From: Verrucomicrobiota bacterium
GTDB lineage: Bacteria; Verrucomicrobiota; Verrucomicrobiia; Limisphaerales; CANJXF01
Length of the DNA: 36,321 bases
Assembly (NCBI GenBank): GCA_038214755.1
Contig: JBBQRQ010000050.1
Span: 1 to 36,321, forward strand
Direction: 5' to 3'
Every line of letters starts with the position of its first letter. Positions within the stretch are counted from its first letter, which is position 1. The translations under genes and the position numbers were made by a program. The notes beneath the pieces were generated by a model. It saw nothing but the letters and a program-made list of their open reading frames with translations, had not been told where the DNA came from and searched no databases. Below are positions 16,942-26,425 of this stretch, piece after piece.

Positions 16942-17825
16942 GTTCATCCGACGACATTCCAAAACTCCGAATGGCTTCGCACGCATCAGCGGAAGATTTG
17001 GCCAAGCGATTCGAACGCGAAACTCGTCGCGTGCTGGATCAACGTGAAGGTGATTTAGAAAATTCTCTCGCGCCGTTTCGCGTTGGCTCCGTGCCTTATT
17101 TGAATGCGGTTCCGCTGACGCGTGGGTTGGAAGAACAGATTCATTTCATGCCGCCCTCGCAACTCGCCGAGAAACTTCAGCGCGACGAACTCGATGCCGC
17201 GCTAGTCAGCGTCACCGAAGTTTTGTTCAACGACCGTTACGATGTGCTGGATGGAGTCGCCGTGGCGTCGCTCGGCGAAGTCAAAAGTGTTTTTCTCGCG
17301 CACAAAAAACCGCTGGAAGAAATTCGCGAAATTTTTTGCGACACCGCCTCGCTCACGAGCGTGAATCTTTTGAAAATTTTGTTGGCGGAAAAAAATCTTA
17401 AGCCGGAATTAAAACCATTGCCGAATTACGATGTCGCGGCCCAGCTCGAAAATGTTTTGCTCATCGGTGACCGCGGCCTCGATTTTTTGCGCGCTCCTCA
17501 CTCCCACGAAATCTGGGATCTCGGCGAAGCTTGGTTCGACCTGACGAAACTGCCGTTCGTCTATGCGGTCTGGGCATTGCGCCGCGGCATTGAAAATAAA
17601 AATCTCCGCCGCCAATTGCGCGAGGCAAAAAGTTTTGGCCTCGAGACGCTCGACCACATCATCGCCAGCCGCCCGGAGTTTGATCTCGATTTTCGAAAAG
17701 ATTATCTCACCTGGCACATTCAATATCATCTCGGCGCGGATGAAAAACTCGGTCTGAAAAAGTTCATGGAGCTTTTGCGCAAGCATGATTTTCCTGCCGT
17801 TTACGAGCCGCGTTTTGTGATTTGA
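16938..17825 (+). CDS. mqnA: Chorismate dehydratase MqnA (futalosine pathway)
   Basis: 'VGSVPYLNAVPL', 'GEVKSV', 'SLTSVNL', 'LLIGD', 'DLGEAW...LPFVYAVW'. Confidence 0.88.
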   Translation: MSSSDDIPKLRMASHASAEDLAKRFERETRRVLDQREGDLENSLAPFRVGSVPYLNAVPLTRGLEEQIHFMPPSQLAEKLQRDELDAALVSVTEVLFNDRYDVLDGVAVASLGEVKSVFLAHKKPLEEIREIFCDTASLTSVNLLKILLAEKNLKPELKPLPNYDVAAQLENVLLIGDRGLDFLRAPHSHEIWDLGEAWFDLTKLPFVYAVWALRRGIENKNLRRQLREAKSFGLETLDHIIASRPEFDLDFRKDYLTWHIQYHLGADEKLGLKKFMELLRKHDFPAVYEPRFVI

Positions 17826-17837
17826 GCGGAACCTCAA

Positions 17838-18000
17838 TTCCGAAATCCGAATCCCGAAATCCGAAAGAAGACCGAAATCCGAGTTCCGAAAACGTCTTCG
17901 AGCCAGCGCCGCAAAAATGGCTTGGCCCCACAAAGTTCCCAAATCTTTCGGCCTTCGGGTTTCGGGTTTCTTTCGGATTTCGGGATTCGGATTTCGGATT
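17838..18000. repeat. Inverted heptamer (TCCGAAA/TTTCGGA) array between convergent genes
   Basis: Degenerate TCCGAAA repeats followed by the complementary TTCGGAT repeats; could act as a terminator. Confidence 0.8.
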
Positions 18001-18006
18001 TAAAAA

Positions 18007-19236
18007 CTACTTCCCCTGTTTGGGAGAACTGAGCCGGGAAGCAGGCTTGGCCGTCGTCGTCTTATTGGTTTTGAAAGCGGAGCGCAAAAGCCAATGCCGT
18101 TGCAATCCTTGCATCAGTTCGTCCGAGTGAACAACGGCTTGGGAAACGTTGCTCAAAATATTTGAGTTCGACTGGACTTGCGTGTTGAGATTGCTCGTCA
18201 CGTTGGCCAGATTTTCGAGCGTGCGATTTAGATTCGTCACAACGGAATTTAAATTGGCGTCGGTGTTGGCCAGAGTGGTCGCCGCTGATTTCAAAGTGTG
18301 TTCGAGTTGTTGATTGAGGTTGGTCGGAATCAACCATTCGCCGAGCGAACCTTTTGGGTCGCGAATGTTCCCGGTGATGAAATTCAAATTGGTCACGAGC
18401 GGTTGCGCCGCGCTCAAAATCGTGTCGAATTTTTCCGTCGCGCGGGCGGTGTTGTTCAAAACGGCGGTCAGTTGATTGGTTAAATTTATGATGTTGGGCA
18501 GCGCGCCTTCCAAACCGCTGACCAAAGTTTCCAAACGTTCCGTTAGAGCGGGAGATTCGAGCGGCTCAATCCAAAACGGTTGGGCGGACGCGAGGTTGGT
18601 GTAAAAAACGGCGGGTTGTTCGTTGATCAATTTGTTGATGGCAGCAAGCGTCTGGTCGTCTGTTTCCACTTTTACCGAATGCTCGTTGAAACCAGGATTT
18701 TCGCTTTTAATTTTATCGGCCAGGGCCGCTTTTATTTCCTTGGTTTTTTCCCCCACCAAATTGCTGTTCAGAAGAGCGAAGTCCTTTTTGTCTTTTCCAA
18801 TCACGGTTGGCGCGCCGGCTTTTCCCTTGATGATTTCCAAATTGCGATGGCCAAGAAAATCCGCCGGCGCCACCCGCACTTTGGAATCCAGCCAGATGTA
18901 GCCGTAGTATGGCTCAATGATTCGAAAGAAAACGGTCACGCCGTAATCTTGAGCATTCGGGTCATTCGCCTCAATTCGCGTCAAGGTGCCGACTGTAAAT
19001 CCCATCAATTTCACCGGGTCGCCTTCCTTCAAACCCGCCGCGTTATTCAGGCCGGTGCTGTATTCAATTTTCGTTTTGAACCAGCCTTTGCGCTGGGCGG
19101 TGTGATAAATGTAATAACCCAATCCCGTCAGCAAAAGAAACGTCGCCACTGTGACGAAAAGTCCGACGGCGCGCTCGACACGACTGAGCCGCGTTCGCAA
19201 TTGTGGTGTGAGGTCCTGCAATCCCATATCAAACAT
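18007..19236 (-). CDS. MlaD/MCE-domain protein
   Basis: N-terminal TM 'VGLFV', 'AAGLKEGDPVKLMGFTVG', long helical tail ending 'HWLLRSAF'. Confidence 0.85.
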   Translation of the reverse strand: MFDMGLQDLTPQLRTRLSRVERAVGLFVTVATFLLLTGLGYYIYHTAQRKGWFKTKIEYSTGLNNAAGLKEGDPVKLMGFTVGTLTRIEANDPNAQDYGVTVFFRIIEPYYGYIWLDSKVRVAPADFLGHRNLEIIKGKAGAPTVIGKDKKDFALLNSNLVGEKTKEIKAALADKIKSENPGFNEHSVKVETDDQTLAAINKLINEQPAVFYTNLASAQPFWIEPLESPALTERLETLVSGLEGALPNIINLTNQLTAVLNNTARATEKFDTILSAAQPLVTNLNFITGNIRDPKGSLGEWLIPTNLNQQLEHTLKSAATTLANTDANLNSVVTNLNRTLENLANVTSNLNTQVQSNSNILSNVSQAVVHSDELMQGLQRHWLLRSAFKTNKTTTAKPASRLSSPKQGK

Positions 19237-20020
19237 TTTCTGTCAAAACTTCGTGCAGCAATGGTTCGCCGCTCGCTTCCAATTCCGCGCGCCCGCCGAT
19301 TTCCTGCCAGCGATTATTTTTCAACAGCGCGAATTGTCGCGCCACATTTTTCCACGGACCAAAATCCTCCGCCGTGGCCACAATCGTAATCGGTTTGCCG
19401 CCGTAAAAATCGCAACCTTCGGACAGCTTCGCCAAAAAATCGAGCCACCAACCTTGATGCCGAAAATCTGTTCCCAGCAGCGGTTTGTCCAACAACAAAA
19501 TTTCCGGTTTCAAAATGAGCGCGCGGGCCAGCGCGGCGCGGCGCTGCCAGTTAGGGGCGAGCGTGCTGGGAATGCGGTGCGCGTAGGAAATCAAATCGGT
19601 TAACTCCAAAATTTCGCGAACGGATTCCTCGGCGTTTTTCTCAGTAAAATTTTGACGATAGCGAAGTGGCAACGCGACGTTTTCCGCGATGGTCAAACGA
19701 TTGAACAACCGTCCGCTCCCCGAAAAAACCAAACCGATTCGCCTGCGATCTTCGACGAGCCTTTCTTCCTTGAGCGTAAAAGTTTCGTTGCCAAAAAGTT
19801 TTACGCATCCATCAGCAGGGCGTTGCAATCCGGCGGCAGTCGCCAGAAAATCACTTTTGCCAGAGCCAAATACGCCGGCGATGACCCAAAAAGTTTTCGG
19901 CTGCACCCGCCAATGGACGCCTGCGACTTCGAGAGATCGGGTTCCTTGCAGCGGCGCAATGGCCGCGTCGATCATTTCGATGAGCGGCGTTTCGGCGGAA
20001 ATTTTTTCAGAATTTTCCAC
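19229..20020 (-). CDS. MlaF-like ABC ATP-binding protein with degenerate motifs
   Basis: 'GVFGSGKS', 'LTIAENVALPL', 'ALARAL', 'LLLDKP'. Confidence 0.8.
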   Translation of the reverse strand: MENSEKISAETPLIEMIDAAIAPLQGTRSLEVAGVHWRVQPKTFWVIAGVFGSGKSDFLATAAGLQRPADGCVKLFGNETFTLKEERLVEDRRRIGLVFSGSGRLFNRLTIAENVALPLRYRQNFTEKNAEESVREILELTDLISYAHRIPSTLAPNWQRRAALARALILKPEILLLDKPLLGTDFRHQGWWLDFLAKLSEGCDFYGGKPITIVATAEDFGPWKNVARQFALLKNNRWQEIGGRAELEASGEPLLHEVLTENV

Positions 20021-20023
20021 GAA

Positions 20024-20884
20024 TTACATCACGAGATAAACGACCAGAAACAGCGCGTCGAGCAACACGCACGCCACCACGCTGTGCGCCACCGCTCGCG
20101 TGGTCGCGCCGGAAACTTCTTCGATGTGCAACGGTTGAGCGAGTCCCTGGAAACAAGTCACCAACGCGATGATCGTTCCGAACAAACTCGTTTTCAGAGC
20201 GAGCAACGCGAAATCTTCCCAGGTCAGCGCACTGGCGAGCTGGCTGAAATAATCGGACGGATACAACGGAACATCCTGCAAAAAAGCGAAGAGGTATCCA
20301 CTGAGCAGCGCGATGATGATCAAATAAACCGTCAACGAAAAAATGGAGAGGGCCAGGCCGATGACTCGCGGCACGACCAGAAAATGGACTGGATCAATTC
20401 CGAGCGCTTCGAGCGCTTCCACTTCTCCGAGCGCGCGCGAGGTGCCGAGTTCGATCACAATCGCCGTGCCGACTCGCGCCAGCACCATGAGTGCGGTGAT
20501 GAGCGGGCCAAGTTCCCGCACGACGACGGACACCATGATGGTTCCGGTAAAATTCTGGACGCCAATCCGGTTCAACAAAAAAAGAGTTTGCCCGATGACC
20601 ACCATGCCCAGCGCGAGACCGAGAAAGCTCGTCATCGGGAGCAGACGCACTCCAGCGCGAAGGACCTCGCTGCGAATCAACGGATGCACGACGTGACTGG
20701 CGTGCTGGTTTTTTTTAAACATGACCACCAGCGTGATCAAGCCGAAGGCGGCGAGGCCGTAAACGGTTTCGGTGAAGGCGAAAAATTTTCGCCCGACAAA
20801 ATTTAAATAGGCGCGCGGTAAAAGCGAGAAGTTGGCGCGATGGGAAATGTCTTCGCCGGGAGTTGCTGCTGCTGGATTTTCCAC
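20024..20884 (-). CDS. MlaE-family ABC permease
   Basis: 'VVRELGPLITAL...ARVGTAIVIELG...EVEALEALGIDP..FLVVPR'. Confidence 0.88.
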   Translation of the reverse strand: MENPAAATPGEDISHRANFSLLPRAYLNFVGRKFFAFTETVYGLAAFGLITLVVMFKKNQHASHVVHPLIRSEVLRAGVRLLPMTSFLGLALGMVVIGQTLFLLNRIGVQNFTGTIMVSVVVRELGPLITALMVLARVGTAIVIELGTSRALGEVEALEALGIDPVHFLVVPRVIGLALSIFSLTVYLIIIALLSGYLFAFLQDVPLYPSDYFSQLASALTWEDFALLALKTSLFGTIIALVTCFQGLAQPLHIEEVSGATTRAVAHSVVACVLLDALFLVVYLVM

Positions 20885-20890
20885 TGGGCA

Positions 20891-20919
20891 AAACTAAGTT
20901 GGCGACGCGGCGCGGTCAA
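20891..20919 (-). promoter_or_regulatory. Sigma70-like promoter of the mla operon (leaderless)
   Basis: TTGACC-17bp-TAGTTT on the minus strand, 6 nt before GTG 20884. Confidence 0.55.
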
Positions 20920-20992
20920 TCCGTAGCTCAACCTGCAAGTTTCTGGAAAAGGAGAACGGCTCACCTGCACTGGCTCACGCCTGTGTCAGACA

Positions 20993-21700
20993 TCATGGTT
21001 TTGCTTTTTCCTGAAACAATTTGATAATGCCGTCGGTAATGTCCAGCACCTCGGACGTCTTGCGATAGAGAACAGCCGTACGTGAATTACGCTCATCACT
21101 CGAATCCACAATCAAATCGAAACGATCCTTCACATATTCAGCGATCAATTTGTCCGTTGAGTATTTGTCTCGATACTTCGCAGCTTGACATTTGCGCCGA
21201 TCAAGAATGTCTGCAATCGGCGCTTTCGCCTCGGCCACTCGTTTAGACAAAGCCTCGTCGTCCTTGTCAAACGCTGAAGCTTCCAGAGGAGTAGCCTTCT
21301 GCGGAATCGCTATGATAGGGTTTGTTACATTCGCGCCCGCAGACGCTAAAGCTTCCAGAGGGGGAATAGCCCTCTGCGGAAGCCTCACTCCCATCGCGGC
21401 CATTCGCTTGTCCATTTGTTTGCGCGCCAATTCACTTTGCAATATTTGATACTGACGAATCTTCTCTTCAATTTCAGGCGATAACGCCTCTGATGTATTA
21501 AGGTCTTCCGTTTGCTTTTGGCTCCATTTAAAGATGGCGGAATCAATTTCGCGCTTGTTGGCAAAAGCCCAACGCACTGTATCGACTCGGTTGTTCACCG
21601 ACTCACTTTTGATAGCTTCCGACTTGCCCAATTGGCTTTCTTCCTGACGACCACAGCCGACGAGGATCAAACAAGTTATGAGTAGTAGATTTGTTTTCAT
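20993..21700 (-). CDS. Hypothetical lipoprotein
   Basis: Lipobox 'LILVGC'; helical; contains a short internal duplication. Confidence 0.7.
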   Translation of the reverse strand: MKTNLLLITCLILVGCGRQEESQLGKSEAIKSESVNNRVDTVRWAFANKREIDSAIFKWSQKQTEDLNTSEALSPEIEEKIRQYQILQSELARKQMDKRMAAMGVRLPQRAIPPLEALASAGANVTNPIIAIPQKATPLEASAFDKDDEALSKRVAEAKAPIADILDRRKCQAAKYRDKYSTDKLIAEYVKDRFDLIVDSSDERNSRTAVLYRKTSEVLDITDGIIKLFQEKAKP

Positions 21701-21834
21701 ATGGATTTAAAATTAGGACACGACCGGCAGTTTGAAAATTGAATCTTCGCGGGAAAAAGTTTGTCCATAATTCTGCCCGCGCATCAAGGCCGGTTTGCCC
21801 ATTTGTGCAAAGGCTTATTCCTTCCACAACCAAC

Positions 21835-21935
21835 AGCGCCAGAGGACTGGCGCACTCCAAGACGCTCCCGCGCTATTCGTGTATGCTTGGAATTCGCGCG
21901 AGCGTCTTGGAGTGCGGCGGCCCTCCGCCGCTTTT
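21835..21935. repeat. REP-like doublet (family A, copy 2)
   Basis: AGCGCCAGAGGACTGGCGCACTCCAAGACGC ... GCGTCTTGGAGTGCGGCGGCCCTCCGCCGCT. Confidence 0.8.
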
Positions 21936-22000
21936 AACGCACCGCTTTATAAATGACCGCTGCTCATCCGCGTTCGCTGTTTTTAAAATGGTTGCGGCAG

Positions 22001-23140
22001 CTACGGCAAGCGGTTGACTCGCAGAAAATTTGCGCCGCTGGAAATGTTCGTGCTGAAACTGGCATTGGTTCCCGACGCGATGATCGTCGCGGAGAGCGGT
22101 GTCCAATTGGTCAGCGTGGTTGAACTTTCCACGCGGTATTGCCGGCCGCTGGAAGATTGCCAGTTCAAGGTCAGAAGTTGGTTGCTCAAAATCTGCGAAG
22201 TAATTTGAAACGGTCCCGCCGGCGCGGGATATGGATTGGCGAAAAGCATCATCACCGGCAAATGGTCGGACGCGGTTTTGTCGTCGTTGGTTTGAAGTCC
22301 GGGCGGCATCGGGTTGAGCAAATCAGTTCGGAAAACCTGGCTGCTGACGATGTTCGAGAAAAGCAAACCGCCCGGAAAAATATAATCGATGCGACTGCTC
22401 AAGCTGCCTTGAATGGAAAAAGTGTTGATGCTTCCCGTGACCGGATTGACGGGATTGGTTAGACGCAAGCCCGTCGGCGCGCTGAGCAGACGCTGGAGAG
22501 CGAGCGTGTTCGTATTGGCTTCGTTCATATCGCCCGACAAAAAATAGGGATCGTTCGGATAGAGCACGAAAAGATTTGTCGCGAAAAAATTGGTGATCGC
22601 GGCGGCTTCGGCGGCGCGTTTGGCGGCGGCTTCGGTATAACCACTGGAACTGGATTTCAGATGCGTGGTGAAAACGTGGAGTGGTTGAGAAAATCCCGGC
22701 ACGTTGATTTGCGCTTCAAAAAGATCGCGGGTGAAATTATCGGCGGCCGTGCTGGAAGTATTAGTATAACCGAAGGGTTTCAAATCCACGCCGTCGAGCC
22801 AACTGGTGGAGCGCGTGATGGAAAAGCGGCTGAGAATAACGCTGCGGATAAACCCGTCCGTGCCGGAATTCATTCCGAGAAAATAACCGGGCAAAAACGC
22901 TTTCACAAAGTTCGTCATCTCAGAGGAGAGATCGAACGGGATTTCCTGAAACGTGATTATGTCCGGCTGCAGATATTGCATCTGGCGACCAATGGCCTGC
23001 ACCTGCGGCGCGTTAGTCGTCCAGTTGGTCGCGCCATTGCCTTTCGTGTTGTAAGTCAGGACGGAAATCGCGGCCAGGCTGGACGAACAATCAATGGCTA
23101 AAGTTCCAGACACGGCCAGCAACCAGATAAAATATTTCAC
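22001..23140 (-). CDS. Secreted endonuclease/exonuclease/phosphatase (EEP) family protein
   Basis: 'VLTYN', 'DIITFQE', 'TTHLK', 'GDMN', 'RIDYI', 'SDHLP'; signal peptide; C-terminal sorting-like domain. Confidence 0.88.
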   Translation of the reverse strand: MKYFIWLLAVSGTLAIDCSSSLAAISVLTYNTKGNGATNWTTNAPQVQAIGRQMQYLQPDIITFQEIPFDLSSEMTNFVKAFLPGYFLGMNSGTDGFIRSVILSRFSITRSTSWLDGVDLKPFGYTNTSSTAADNFTRDLFEAQINVPGFSQPLHVFTTHLKSSSSGYTEAAAKRAAEAAAITNFFATNLFVLYPNDPYFLSGDMNEANTNTLALQRLLSAPTGLRLTNPVNPVTGSINTFSIQGSLSSRIDYIFPGGLLFSNIVSSQVFRTDLLNPMPPGLQTNDDKTASDHLPVMMLFANPYPAPAGPFQITSQILSNQLLTLNWQSSSGRQYRVESSTTLTNWTPLSATIIASGTNASFSTNISSGANFLRVNRLP

Positions 23141-23253
23141 ATAATATTTGTAACAGAACTCGATGTCTGAGGCGAAAAATATTCTTTCACTGTGTGGAAA
23201 ATTTTCAGCGAAAGAGAGAGAAGGCATGTAGTGAAATTACGTTTTGCCCTTAC

Positions 23254-23281
23254 TTGACACCGCGTCGATCAAAATTATAGT
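23254..23281 (+). promoter_or_regulatory. Sigma70-like promoter of the kamA-family gene
   Basis: TTGACA-16bp-TATAGT, 9 nt before ATG 23291. Confidence 0.6.
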
Positions 23282-23290
23282 CCCGCTAAA

Positions 23291-24553
23291 ATGCAGAGTA
23301 ATTCTTCACCGGGCGCAGACGGAAACTCGCCGGACTTCGATAAATTTAATTCGCTAAAACAATTCCACTCGGCTGGCCGTGGCTTTTGGAACGACGTGCC
23401 CGCCGCGCAATGGAACGATTGGCGCTGGCAATTGAAAAACCGTATCACGTCGCTCGCCCAGTTGCAGCGGCTTATGCCAACGCTGACGCCGGAGGAACAC
23501 GCCGGAACAGTTTTGTCCGACACGAAACTGGCGATGGCCATCACGCCGTATTTTTTTAATCTGATTGATCCAGCGGATGAGAATTGTCCGATTCGCCGCC
23601 AGGTCATTCCGCGCATCGAAGAAACGCAAATCGCCGATTGGGAAATGAGCGACCCTTGTGGAGAAGATTCGCATTCGCCCGTGCCCGGTCTGGTGCATCG
23701 CTATCCAGATCGCGTTTTGTTTCTCGTGACGGATCGTTGCGCCGCCTACTGCCGTTACTGCACCCGTTCGCGACTGGTCAGCAACGCGAGCGGTTACGAT
23801 TTTCATCCGGAGTTTGATCGCCAGATTGAATACATCCGAAACAACAAAAACATTCGCGACGTTTTGCTGAGCGGCGGCGATCCACTTTTGTTCAGCGATG
23901 ACAAGTTGGAGCATTTGCTCAAACAACTTCGCGCCATTCCGCACGTCGAATTTCTCCGCATTGGGACGCGCATTCCAATTTTTCTACCGCAACGCATCAC
24001 GCCGGAATTGTGCGCGATGTTGAAGAAATATCATCCGCTGTTCATCAGCATTCATACAAATCATCCGCGCGAATTGACCACAGAAGTTCGCGATGCGCTT
24101 GCTCGCCTTGCCGACGCCGGAATTCCACTCGGCAATCAATCCGTGCTTTTGAAACACGTGAACGACAATCTCACCACGATGCGCGCGCTCGTGCAAAAAC
24201 TGCTCATGTGCCGGGTCAAACCGTATTACCTCTATCAATGCGATTTGATTTCCGGCTCGGCGCATCTGCGCGCCAGTGTCCGCAAAGGTTTGGAAATCAT
24301 GGATGGCTTGCGCGGCCACACGACGGGTTACGCGATTCCGCAATATGTCATCGATGCGCCCGGCGGCGGTGGAAAAGTTCCGATTAATCCCGAATACGTT
24401 TTAAGCCGCAACAAAGACCGTGTCGTCATTCGCAACTTCGAGGGAAAAGTTTTTGAATACATCGAAGGAACGAACAAACCAATTTACAAACCGTCCGAAA
24501 ATTTTCCGGTTTACAAAGACTCGGAAAACTTTCCCGTGCCGGAATGGGTTTAA
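23291..24553 (+). CDS. KamA-family radical SAM protein (lysine 2,3-aminomutase-like)
   Basis: 'WNDWRWQ', 'HRYPDRVL', 'CAAYCRYCTR', 'LLSGGDPL', 'DAPGGGGK'. Confidence 0.9.
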   Translation: MQSNSSPGADGNSPDFDKFNSLKQFHSAGRGFWNDVPAAQWNDWRWQLKNRITSLAQLQRLMPTLTPEEHAGTVLSDTKLAMAITPYFFNLIDPADENCPIRRQVIPRIEETQIADWEMSDPCGEDSHSPVPGLVHRYPDRVLFLVTDRCAAYCRYCTRSRLVSNASGYDFHPEFDRQIEYIRNNKNIRDVLLSGGDPLLFSDDKLEHLLKQLRAIPHVEFLRIGTRIPIFLPQRITPELCAMLKKYHPLFISIHTNHPRELTTEVRDALARLADAGIPLGNQSVLLKHVNDNLTTMRALVQKLLMCRVKPYYLYQCDLISGSAHLRASVRKGLEIMDGLRGHTTGYAIPQYVIDAPGGGGKVPINPEYVLSRNKDRVVIRNFEGKVFEYIEGTNKPIYKPSENFPVYKDSENFPVPEWV

Positions 24554-24599
24554 ATCAAATCGAACTGGTTTCTTTTATTCGGTTTGCTAAATTGTTTCC

Positions 24600-24848
24600 G
24601 TGACTTGCATTGGAACAGTTTCAAAGGGTTCAGTGAAATTGCCCTCCGGCATCCAACTGCCTGACGGTACCGAGGTGGAATTGATTGTGCCGGACACTGA
24701 TAAATTGTCCCCAACCTCCAAACTAAAACCCGGTTGGTTTGCGGAACGGTTCAAGGACTACATCGGCATTGTCAAGGACGGCCCTCCCGACCTCGCTGAA
24801 AATCATGATCATTACGCTCATGGCACGCCCAAACGTTCAAGACCGTGA
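24600..24848 (+). CDS. Putative antitoxin (LPDGTEV...PPDLAENHDHY type)
   Basis: N-terminal beta 'LPDGTEVEL' and C-terminal 'DLAENHDHY'; this type is usually upstream of a PIN toxin. Confidence 0.65.
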   Translation: MTCIGTVSKGSVKLPSGIQLPDGTEVELIVPDTDKLSPTSKLKPGWFAERFKDYIGIVKDGPPDLAENHDHYAHGTPKRSRP

Positions 24849-24863
24849 AACCCGCGTTTGCCG

Positions 24864-25595
24864 ATGCCGCGCGAATCTCTTGAAGTAAAAAAAGAACGCA
24901 CCGCGAAAATCATTGCCGGTTTGCAAAAGGCTTATCCGAACGCGCACTGCGAACTGAATTTTTCCAATCCACTCGAGCTATTGATCGCCACCATTCTCTC
25001 CGCGCAGTGCACGGACAAACAGGTCAACATCGTCACGGAAAATCTTTTTAAAAAATATCGCGACGCAAAAAGTTTTTCAGTAGCGCCGCTGGAGGATTTG
25101 CAAAATGACATTCGGCGAATCGGATTCTTCCGCAACAAAGCAAAAAATATTCAGGCGTGCTGCCAATCGCTTCTGGAAAAACATGGCGGCGGGATTCCAC
25201 GAACGATGGAGGAACTGACCGACCTCGCCGGGGTCGGACGCAAGACGGCGAACGTCGTTCTTGGAAATGCTTTCAACATCAATGTCGGCGTTGTTGTGGA
25301 TACGCACGTCGCGCGACTCTCCGGGCGACTCCATTTGTCCCGTGAAAATTCGCCAGAAAAAATCGAATTGGATTTGCAGAAACTTGTTCCGCAAAACGAT
25401 TGGTGTTTGTTCAGCCACTTGTTGATCTGGCACGGACGCCGCCGCTGCTTCGCGCGAAATCCTGATTGCCTGAATTGCGAAGTGAAACAACTTTGTCCGA
25501 CGGGAAAAATTCGTTTGTCCGCGACGATTTCCAAAAAAGCGATTTGTGTCGGAAACAAAACCCGCCAACTCAAAAAGGGAACGCGCCATGTCTGA
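24864..25595 (+). CDS. nth: Endonuclease III
   Basis: 'LLIATILSAQCTD', HhH 'LAGVGRKTANVV', 'VDTHV', Fe-S 'CFARNPDCLNCEVKQLCP'. Confidence 0.95.
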   Translation: MPRESLEVKKERTAKIIAGLQKAYPNAHCELNFSNPLELLIATILSAQCTDKQVNIVTENLFKKYRDAKSFSVAPLEDLQNDIRRIGFFRNKAKNIQACCQSLLEKHGGGIPRTMEELTDLAGVGRKTANVVLGNAFNINVGVVVDTHVARLSGRLHLSRENSPEKIELDLQKLVPQNDWCLFSHLLIWHGRRRCFARNPDCLNCEVKQLCPTGKIRLSATISKKAICVGNKTRQLKKGTRHV

Positions 25596-26274
25596 AACGT
25601 GGCTTCTGCTGCAATCCGGCGCAGGCGCAGCCGCGTGGAACATGGCGCTGGACGAAACGCTTTTGGAAAGCTCGCCGCAAATCGCAAAACCGATTTTGCG
25701 ATTTTATTCGTGGACTGAACCCGCCGCATCGTTCGGTTACTTTCAAAAATTTTCTGAATTAGAACGCGCCACATTTCTGCGCCCGCTGATTCGTCGTCCG
25801 ACCGGCGGTGGTCTTGTGCCGCACGACATTGACTGGACGTATAGTTTGATTTTCCCCCCTAACCATTTCTGGTATTCGCTGAAAGCAATTGAAAGTTACG
25901 AGCGCATTCACCAATGGATTCGAGACGCATTTCAAAAAATCGGTGTGCTCACCGAACTTTCTCCCTGCTGCAAAAAAGAAATCCCCGGCCAATGTTTTGC
26001 CGGCGCGGAAAAGTTCGATGTGCTCTGGCATGGAAAAAAAATTGCAGGCGCCGCGCAACGCCGGACAAAAAATGGCTTGCTCATACAAGGCTCCATTCAA
26101 CCGCCGCCAATTTCTTTGGCGAAAGCCGATTGGCAAAAAGCGATGTGCGATGTGACTCATGAAAATTTCGCAGTGACGTGGAGCGAGTTTGTTCCTGAAA
26201 CGAAACTGATCAATCGCGCCGAGACTCTGGCCGAAGAAAAATATTCGCGGTCGAGCTACAATCAAAAACGGTAG
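25588..26274 (+). CDS. Lipoate-protein ligase A / octanoyltransferase family protein
   Basis: 'NMALDE', 'LRFYSW', 'RRPTGGG..H', 'KKIAGAAQ'. Confidence 0.88.
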   Translation: MSETWLLLQSGAGAAAWNMALDETLLESSPQIAKPILRFYSWTEPAASFGYFQKFSELERATFLRPLIRRPTGGGLVPHDIDWTYSLIFPPNHFWYSLKAIESYERIHQWIRDAFQKIGVLTELSPCCKKEIPGQCFAGAEKFDVLWHGKKIAGAAQRRTKNGLLIQGSIQPPPISLAKADWQKAMCDVTHENFAVTWSEFVPETKLINRAETLAEEKYSRSSYNQKR

Positions 26275-26303
26275 CTCTCCGGTATCGTTCCCGGAATGGC
26301 TTC

Positions 26304-26402
26304 AACGCAGAGGTAGCAAAGGTTCACGCGGAGGTAGCAGAGTCAGAACCAAGTGTTTCGACCTCTGCGTTCCTTTGCCCAGACCTTTGCGTCCTCGGCG
26401 TT
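26304..26402. repeat. Imperfect ACGCAGAGG / CCTCTGCGT inverted repeat array
   Basis: Hairpin-forming repeats between convergent genes. Confidence 0.6.
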
Positions 26403-26425
26403 TAATTCCCCTTCTCCCAGTCCCG

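Noticed and set aside
17838..18000. Possible CRISPR array
   Set aside because: Short degenerate heptamers in inverted arms, with no constant repeat/unique spacer structure and no cas genes.
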